A stretch of DNA of 64,000 nucleotides from Eledone cirrhosa (lineage: Eukaryota). The stretch is taken from NCBI GenBank assembly GCA_964016885.1, contig OZ024759.1:35712001-35776000 (forward strand). Reading direction: 5' to 3'. Below, piece by piece: positions 53,591 to 64,000 of the stretch. The notes under the pieces are model-generated. The model was not told the DNA's origin, ran no database searches, and saw only the letters and a list, made by a program, of their open reading frames with translations. Position numbers and translations under genes: made by a program. Every line of letters begins with the position of its first letter. Position 1 is the stretch's first letter.

Positions 53591-54381
53591 AAAAGGCAAA
53601 CAGAAATAACAAAACAAATGGCACAGTACATGGAAGAAATATATTAGTTTAACACTTGAAATAATAGGAAGAGACTTAACATTTCAGACACTAGTGCTTC
53701 ATCAGATAATAGAGTTAGAAATACACAGAAAACATGGCCAGTAGCCCTTACAAAAAATCGTACTCTGTAGCTCTCAAAGTTCTTAGGAGCAGCTGCTGGC
53801 CACATTATCCATCTATAGGAGTACTGTACACAACTTTCTAAACTGTCTTCAACACCTGCAATATTTTCTACAGCGTTTAAAATAATAATAATGAAATTAT
53901 TGTGTACAGTGCTCAGGTGCACTACAACTCATCAAAGGTGCATGTATAGTACATAGAGTAATATACAAATGTCAGGGAAGTGAACAGTGTATGAGTCATG
54001 AAATACATGTGTGCGTGTGTATGGAGAGGGGGGGTATTAGGTGTAGTGTTGGCGAATCTCAGGAAGCATGGAGGTTTTAAAGGATGCAGTGTATCGACAG
54101 CTAACAACTCACTCGATGCTTCACTGTTTATTCACACACACAGACACACACATGTGCACACATACTGACACATGCAAACATATGCTGACAAATGAACCTT
54201 AAATCTAACCCTAACATGCATGAATATGCAAAGAATCCAAAGAATCAGCTGAGATGTTTTTGTTCTTTCATACACACGAGCTACCCCTTAACCTAATATA
54301 TATACACACACTCACACACAATACACACACACACACATATATATATACACACAAAATAGTTTAAACAAGTTGATAATACAA

Positions 54382-54420
<39 letters not shown>

Positions 54421-55575
54421 CAATAAATCTGGTGAATTGACAAGATATTTTCTTCCCATTTCAAGATCTATTGTAAAGGATTCCCCTTTCAACACAATAT
54501 CTCAGATCCTACATTTTCTAGTGACAACTCCATCACTTCCCCACCCTAATATGGCTTCTCAAGAATTTCTAGGCGTGTAAAAAACATCCAAATGGAAATT
54601 AAGAGCTAAAATACCGTGAATGTCTTGTCTTACCTCAGAAATGTTTAGAGGAAAACACCAACATTCCTTGTTATAGTGTGTAATTGAGGAATAGACTATC
54701 ACCTGAGTTAATACCATGAGTGACTTGGCTTGCCTCAATATCTAGAGGGAAATACAACATTCCCTGTTGTGGTGTGTAACTGAGGGGACCCTCTATCACC
54801 TGAGGTAATGCCATGAGTGCCTCAATATTTAGAGGGCAACACCAGTTCTCTATTCTAGAGTGTAATTGAGGGACCCTGTGTTTTGGCTCAGAAATATTTA
54901 GAGTCCAACACCAATTCCTTGTGGTGTGTAACTGAGTGAGAACGGCTTCATTTACTATTGTCTTTCTTCTGTAAATTACATTTAACATCATCATCATCCA
55001 GTTTTTTATTATTTTTTTTTATTATGCAGGACACAATCCCTAAGTAGGAGCGGAGCGCTCCTTAGTGTTCCACTCCATGTGTTTCTCTCCACCGGTCTCA
55101 CTTGGGCCAGGCCAAGTCTAGCTTGATCCTTACAGACATCCTCCATCCAACTCCTTTTTTGGTCTTCCTGGGCCTCTACTGCCTCCCAGATCGACATTCA
55201 TTATATAAATTATTTAATTAACAGCAGCTAATTAATGCCAACCCATCAAGCTCACACAGTATGCAAATGAGCAATTCCTTAGATGTCCCATTTCTAGCTA
55301 GACCCATGCTATAAGGGGAACTCTACAACCCTGGCTCCTGACCTGGGGACCTGCGATGGTAGTACTGGGTGTGCTGTTCTACCATAGCCTTGTGAATGAA
55401 ATTTGGCAGACAGAAACTGTGTGGAAGCCCACTGGGGGGACCACTGATATTGTTAGATGCTAGGGTAATGTCTGTCAGCCTGTTTAACCCCCTCAAGTTG
55501 TTGACAGGAAGAAGAAGAGAAGGGAAAGAGGGTGACATGGCTTAACAGAGACAGCATACTAAATATGTGTGTGTG

Positions 55576-55659
<84 letters not shown>

Positions 55660-56064
55660 TGTGTATATATATATGTGTGTGGGTGTGTGCAGTACAGTAT
55701 ACATGTGTGTGTGTGTGTGTGTATAGTGTATATATATATGTGTGTGTGTATATAGTGTATATATATGTGTGTGTGTGTGTGTATACAGTATAGCATATGT
55801 GTGTGTGTACAGTATAGCATATGTGTGTGTTATGTGTTGGGTATTAAGTGTGTATTGTGTTTGGCAATATAGATATGCGAGAGAGAGAGAGAAAGAGAGA
55901 GAGGGGGAGAGAGGGAGAGAGGGGAGAGAGAGAGAAAGAGAGAGAGGGGGAGAGAGAGAGAGGGGGAGAGAGACCGGCAGAAGAAATATGAAACTATCTT
56001 ATTTTTAAACTTTACTGAAAAGAAACTCAATAAATTCGTGTAGAAAAAATAAAACCCCAAAAAA

Positions 56065-56700
56065 CAACACCATCACTACCATTGTCACCACCACCACCAC
56101 CCATATCACCATCCCCATCACTACCACTACCACTACCATCATTGCCATCCACATCACCACCACCACCCACATCACTACCACCACCACCACCACATCACTA
56201 CCACCACCACCACCACATCACTACCACCACCAACATCCACATCACTACCACCACCACCATCCACATCACTACCACCACCACCACCCACATCACCACCACC
56301 ACCCACATCACTAGCACTACCACCACCACCACCACCCACATCACTACCACCACCACATCACTACCACTACCACCACCACCACCACCCACATCACTACCAC
56401 CACTACCACCACCACATCACTACCACCACCACCACCCACATCACTACCACCACCACCACCACCACCACATCACTACCACCACCACCACCCACATCACTAC
56501 CACCACCACCACCCACATCACTACCACTACCACCACCACATCACTACCACCACCACATCACTACCACCACCACCACCACCACCACCCACATCACCACTAC
56601 CACCACCACCACCACATCACTACCATCTACATCACCACCACCACCACCACCACCACCACCCACATCACCACTACCACCACCACCACCACATCACCACTAT
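56065..56700. repeat. (ACC)n-based compound microsatellite
   Basis: Direct inspection. Confidence 0.95.
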
Positions 56701-58429
56701 TATTCAATTTGATATCTGAGTCATTTTGTAAAACCAGCTGACTGTTGAGGAAACTAAGGAAACCAGCACTTTAAACTATGTTGCTGAAGTAGCCAACCAG
56801 CCAACCATCCAACCATCCAACCCTCAGGCCAACTAGCTATTCAACGGTCAAGCCAGCCAACCATCCAGGCACTAGGCCATCTGTCCAACCATCCATTCAT
56901 CAGGCTAACCAACCAACCAACGGTCAAGCCATCTAACCATCCAGCCACGAGGCCATCCATCCAACCCTCCATTCACCCAGCCACCCAACCATCAGGAACA
57001 GCAAACAAACAAGCAAGCCACCATCCACCCAACCATCTATCCAAAAAGTGATCCCAGCATCAGGCCACCTAACCATCCAGGCACCCAACAATTTAACTAA
57101 CCGGCCGGCCGCTGGCCAAACACCAGCCCAGCCACCCAGCTACCCAACCACCCAGCCACCCAACCACCCAGCTACAATACAGTCTGACTAGGAAGACTAC
57201 AAAACAAGAATCAGCCGAGCTGTTATATTAATATAAAATACAGCAATATGATATATTAGTGAGAAACAAGTGGACAACTTATATAGTTAACAAGGGGGGG
57301 GGGGGGGGGTTATTTAGTTTTGTTTTTGTTTCAATGTGTTTGTTTGTTTAAATATTCCATTAATTACAGATAATTGTTGGGCTGGGTGTAGACTGAAGTG
57401 TGAATAACAGTAATATAGGAGTGAGAGATGTTAATGATGGGAAAGTGGTAGTAACATGGCCTTGTGGTTAAGGTGGACTGATGAACATAAGGGTTGTGTG
57501 GGTCATGGTGTACCTAAGGGTCGTGTGTGGGTCATGGTGTAGCCTAAGGGTCGTGTGGGTCATGGTGTAGCCTAAGGGTAGTGTGGGTCGTTGCATGGCC
57601 TAGTGGTTAGGGTGTTGGACTAACAATTTATAAGGGTCGTGTGGATTGTAGTGTGGCCTAGTGGTTGGGATTCTCACTAATGAGTACAAGATCATGGGGT
57701 CGTGGCATTTAGGGTGTTGAACTGAGGAGCATGGTCGTGGGGTTATGGTGTGGCCTTGTGGTTAGGGTGTTGAGCTGATTAACATAAGGGTCGTGGCTAA
57801 AATATCTCATACATGTCTTATATGCAAAGCTGAGCATTAAAAGTTGCTACCCGGGGTCTTTTAAATGTAAGGTAAACTTTTACAACTCCACCTGTCTCCC
57901 CACAAAGTACCAGTAATGTCCTGGAGTTTATACCAACGGCCTTTCCCTTCTTCGCCCACAAATGACTGGCCTTGTGCCTAAAATAGAACTCATTATCTGA
58001 GAAATATTCAGATAAATCAAGGCTTGGTTTAAAAGGAAGAAAGGAAAGACTGAAGAGTACTGAGGACATTATAGACAGGCTATTGTGGCTGATGAAGAGG
58101 GGTGAGGGGATATATAGAATAATGTCTGTGGTGGATTGGAGGAAGGAAGGGAGAGAGGGAAGGGGGGGGGTCTGTGTTGAATCAAGAGCTGCAATTTTGT
58201 GAAAGGCTCAGTCATCATAATAGATGCCCGTCCCTCACAACACAGAGACTCACAGACACACACACAGAGACACAGACACACACAGAGACATACAGAGACA
58301 CACACACACTAGCCACAGACAAGACAAACTACCCACACACATCCAGGAAGAGCTACATCACATCACGTGACATCATGGTGTCATGGTAACAACCTATTGC
58401 TTTATTTCATTTTCTTTGTGGCCACATAT

Positions 58430-58474
<45 letters not shown>

Positions 58475-59369
58475 TATATGTATACACATATATACACACA
58501 CATATACACATATATATATACATACATATGATTTCGTTCGAATGAAACAGTTCTAGTCCTGTAGAAGCCATATTTATACTCTACTATGTATTGAGTACCT
58601 TACTTACTGTGGTTACCTCCGATTGAACACGGGACACACACACACATATATACACACACACAGAGTCTTGTCTGGTGATCCTTCGAGTGGAGAGATGAGT
58701 CTCCAGAGTAACAACATTCACTACTTAGCCATAATAAAGGAATATTTAAACTCTACTTTGGTATTGAGTGCTCTTTTCTCTCGTCCGTTAACTACATATC
58801 TATGTATGTATATGTGTGTGTGTATGCATATATGTGTAGTAATATCCATAAGTACCTTGGGTAGCGCTTTTATTCCATGTATGAACATAGATAAATAATT
58901 GTTTCTACTTTAGGCACAAGGCCAGCAATTACCCAGTGCATTACTGGTACTTTATTTTATCGACCCCGTAAGGATGAAAGGCAAAGTCAACCTCGGCGGG
59001 ATTTGAACTCAGATCGTAAAGGGAGGTAACTATGCTGGAAAGCATGGCGTCCGACCCTTAATACAATATATATACACACACACAAACATACAAAAGGCTT
59101 CTACAGCTTCCACATCCACCAAATTCCACTCTGAAGGGATTGATCAACCAGAGGCTTCAGTGGAATAAAAGAGACTTGCCCAAGGAGCCCCACAGTTGGA
59201 ATAAAGCTGAAACCAAGTGGTTGTCAATGAAACTCTTTAACCAGACAGTCCTACCTACTTGATATGATCAAAGTGTCACATCTGCTTCTGTTTGTTTTAA
59301 CTGTTGGGTCACACTAACATTCTAGAAAATACTCACACTGACCTATTTGACATAGAAAACAACAATAAT

Positions 59370-59755
59370 AGCTATATACTACAGACATACCTTCTAGCTC
59401 TGGTACCAGACTTAATACCAGATTTATAGACTAAGTAGTCTCTATACTACTGATATTTCCAGATTTCTAGACTAAATGGTTGCTATACTACTGATATTTC
59501 CAGATTTCTAGACTAAGTGGTTGCTATACTACTGATATTTCCAGATTTATAGAGTAAGTGGTCTCTATACTCCTGAGATTACTAGATTTCTAGATCAACT
59601 GATCTCTCTACTACAGACATTACTAGATTTATAGACTCAGTGTTCCCTATACTACTGATATTTCTAGATCAACTGGTCTGTCAGCAATCTCTCTACACTC
59701 CTCATATATCTTCTAGCTCTGGTACCAAACTGATATTTCTAGATTTCTAGATCAA
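59370..59755. repeat. Degenerate 41-bp tandem repeat
   Basis: ctatactactgatatttccagatttctagactaagtggttg, recurring. Confidence 0.75.
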
Positions 59756-59933
59756 GTACCCTTTCCATTTCAGTCAAATCCAAACAGTTCCAAAATATAT
59801 TTTGAAAGGTTTGTGAAAAAAAGGGATTCATACACGGTATATTAATAAAGTGTCACAGCCCTTCATAACATTCTCAAGTTTCTACCTTAATATATGTAAC
59901 CCCTGTGTAATGTAAACCCAAGTTTATAATATT

Positions 59934-62633
59934 TACTGTCCAGCCCTACATGTAATGTAACCCCTATATTTACTGTATTATATATAACACTGTCTGTCCA
60001 GCCCTACATGTATTGTAACCCCTATATTTACTGTATTATATATAACACTGTCTGTCCAGCCCTATATGTATTGTAACCCCTATATTTACTGTATTATATA
60101 TAACACTGTCTGTCCAGCCCTACATGTATTGTAACCCCTATATTTACTGTATTATATATAACACTGTCTGTCCAGCCCTACATGTATTGTAACCCCTATA
60201 TTTACTGTATTATATATAACACTGTCTGTCCAGCCCTACATGTATTGTAACCCCTATATTTACTGTATTATATATAACACTGTCTGTCCAGCCCTACATG
60301 TATTGTAACCCCTATATTTACTGTATTATATATAACATTGTCCAGCCCCACAAGTAATGTAACCCCTATATTTACTGTATTATATATAACACTGTCTGTC
60401 CAGCCCTACATGTAATGTAACCCCTATATTTACTGTATTATATATAACACTGTCTGTCCAGCCCTACATGTAATGTAACCCCTATATTTACTGTATTATA
60501 TATAACACTGTCTGTCCAGCCCTACATGTAATGTAACCCCTATATTTACTGTATTATATATAACACTGTCTGTCCAGCCCTACATGTAATGTAACCCCTA
60601 TATTTACTGTATTATATATAACACTGTCTGTCCAGCCCTACATGTAATGTAACCCCTATATTTACTGTATTATATATAACACTGTCTGTCCAGCCCTACA
60701 TGTAATGTAACCCCTATATTTACTGTACTATATATAACACTGTCTGTCCAGCCCTACATGTAATGTAACCCCTATATTTACTGTATTATATATAACATTG
60801 TCTGTCCAGCCCTACATGTATTGTAACCCCTATATTTACTGTATTATATATAACACTGTCTGTCCAGCCCTACATGTATTGTAACCCCTATATTTACTGT
60901 ATTATATATAACACTGTCTGTCCAGCCCTACATGTATTGTAACCCCTATATTTACTGTATTATATATAACACTGTCTGTCCAGCCCTACATGTAATGTAA
61001 CCCCTATATTTACTGTATTATATATAACACTGTCTGTCCAGCCCTATATGTAATGTAACCCCTATATTTACTGTATTATATATAACACTGTCTGTCCAGC
61101 CCTACATGTAATGTAACCCCTATATTTACTGTATTATATATAACACTGTCTGTCCAGCCCTACATGTAATGTAACCCCTATATTTACTGTATTATATATA
61201 ACACTGTCTGTCCAGCCCTACATGTAATGTAACCCCTATATTTACTGTATTATATATAACACTGTCTGTCCAGCCCTACATGTAATGTAACCCCTATATT
61301 TACTGTATTATATATAACACTGTCTGTCCAGCCCTACATGTAATGTAACCCCTATATTTACTGTATTATATATAACATTGTCTGTCCAGCCCTACATGTA
61401 TTGTAACCCCTATATTTACTGTATTATATATAACACTGTCTGTCCAGCCCTACATGTAATGTAACCCCTATATTTACTGTATTATATATAACACTGTCTG
61501 TCCAGCCCTACATGTATTGTAACCCCTATATTTACTGTATTATATATAACACTGTCTGTCCAGCCCTACATGTATTGTAACCCCTATATTTACTGTATTA
61601 TATATAACACTGTCTGTCCAGCCCTACATGTAATGTAACCCCTATATTTACTGTATTATATATAACACTGTCTGTCCAGCCCTATATGTAATGTAACCCC
61701 TATATTTACTGTATTATATATAACACTGTCTGTCCAGCCCTACATGTAATGTAACCCCTATATTTACTGTATTATATATAACACTGTCTGTCCAGCCCTA
61801 CATGTAATGTAACCCCTATATTTACTGTATTATATATAACACTGTCTGTCCAGCCCTACATGTAATGTAACCCCTATATTTACTGTATTATATATAACAC
61901 TGTCTGTCCAGCCCTACATGTAATGTAACCCCTATATTTACTGTATTATATATAACATTGTCTGTCCAGCCCTACATGTATTGTAACCCCTATATTTACT
62001 GTATTATATATAACACTGTCTGTCCAGCCCTACATGTATTGTAACCCCTATATTTACTGTATTATATATAACACTGTCTGTCCAGCCCTACATGTATTGT
62101 AACCCCTATATTTACTGTATTATATATAACACTGTCTGTCCAGCCCTACATGTAATGTAACCCCTATATTTACTGTATTATATATAACACTGTCTGTCCA
62201 GCCCTATATGTAATGTAACCCCTATATTTACTGTATTATATATAACACTGTCTGTCCAGCCCTACATGTAATGTAACCCCTATATTTACTGTATTATATA
62301 TAACACTGTCTGTCCAGCCCTACATGTAATGTAACCCCTATATTTACTGTATTATATATAACACTGTCTGTCCAGCCCTACATGTAATGTAACCCCTATA
62401 TTTACTGTACTATATATAACACTGTCTGTCCAGCCCTACATGTAATGTAACCCCTATATTTACTGTATTATATATAACATTGTCTGTCCAGCCCTACATG
62501 TAATGTAACCCCTATATTTACTGTATTATATATAACACTGTCTGTCCAGCCCTACATGTAATGTAACCCCTATATTTACTGTACTATATATAACATTGTC
62601 CAGCCCCACAAGTAATGTAACCCCTATATTTAC
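59934..62633. repeat. 58-bp minisatellite, about 46 copies
   Basis: Unit gccctacatgtaWtgtaacccctatatttactgtattatatataacactgtctgtcca; period 58 (60001 to 60059). Confidence 0.97.
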
Positions 62634-62709
62634 AATGTTTACCTCTACATGATTTCATACAAATAAAACTGTTCTAGTCCTGTAGAAGCAATTTCTATAT
62701 TAAATATGA

Positions 62710-64000
62710 TATACATACATACATTTATATAAATACATACATACATTTATATAAATACATACATACATACATTTATATAAATACATACATACATACATTT
62801 ATATAAATACATACATACATTTATATAAATACATACATACATTTATATACATACATACATTTATATACAAATAAAACTGTTCTAGTCCTGTAGAAGCAAT
62901 TTCTATATTAAATATGATATACATACATACATACATACATTTATATAAATACATACATACATACATACATACATTTATATAAATACATACATACATTTAT
63001 ATACATACATACATTTATATAAATACATACATACATTTATATAAATACATACATACATTTATATAAATACATACATACATTTATATACATACATACATTT
63101 ATATAAATACATACATACATTTATATAAATACATACATACATTTATATAAATACATACATACATTTATATACATACATACATTTATATAAATACATACAT
63201 ACATTTATATAAATACATACATACATTTATATAAATACATACATACATTTATATAAATACATACATACATTTATATACATACATACATTTATATAAATAC
63301 ATACATACATTTATATAAATACATACATACATTTATATAAATACATACATACATTTATATAAATACATACATACATTTATATACATACATACATTTATAT
63401 AAATACATACATACATTTATATAAATACATACATACATTTATATAAATACATACATACATTTATATACATACGTACATTTATATAAATACATACATACAT
63501 TTATATAAATACATACATACATTTATATAAATACATACATTTATATAAATACATACATACATTTATATAAATACATACATACATTTATATAAATACATAC
63601 ATACATTTATATACATACATACATTTATATAAATACATACATACATTTATATAAATACATACATACATTTATATAAATACATACATACATTTATATAAAT
63701 ACATACATACATTTATATAAATACATACATACATTTATATAAATACATACATACATTTATATAAATACATACATTTATATAAATACATACATACATTTAT
63801 ATAAATACATACATACATTTATATACATACATTTATATACATACATACATTTATATAAATACATACATACATTTATATAAATACATACATACATTTATAT
63901 AAATACATACATACATTTATATACATACATACATTTATATAAATACATACATACATTTATATAAATACATACATACATTTATATAAATACATACATACAT
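62710..64000. repeat. About 22-bp AT-rich repeat, (ACAT)n-ttatataa, running off the window edge
   Basis: atacatacatacatttatataa with variable ACAT count. Confidence 0.95.

Noticed and set aside
53644-53922. Candidate upstream exon (ttgcag GTGTTGAAGAC...)
   Set aside because: No recognisable homology and no convincing phase-1 donor to join the 50574 exon; cannot be supported without RNA data.

Overview
AT-rich, microsatellite-dense animal genomic DNA. The SINE families and repeat landscape suggest an octopus or other coleoid cephalopod (inference). The window holds 22 minus-strand exons (263-50574) that I could join by hand, all GT-AG and phase-consistent, into about 2,195 codons of a spectraplakin (MACF1/dystonin/Shot family): plectin repeats followed by about 12 spectrin repeats. 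The gene continues off the left edge and no start was found. Introns are filled with tRNA-derived SINEs, RTE/CR1 LINE remnants, piggyBac- and mariner-like MITEs, and mini/microsatellites. Two things stand out. (1) Tandem arrays built from the gene's own splice junctions, most strikingly about 50 copies of one exon end plus 5' donor at 20.8-24.25 kb, where most 71-bp units read GT...CAG like back-to-back mini-introns. (2) Several distinct minimal type-I hammerhead ribozyme motifs, some sense to the pre-mRNA, in Penelope-like hairpin elements next to (TA)n tracts. All calls are by eye and none has been checked against databases or expression data.
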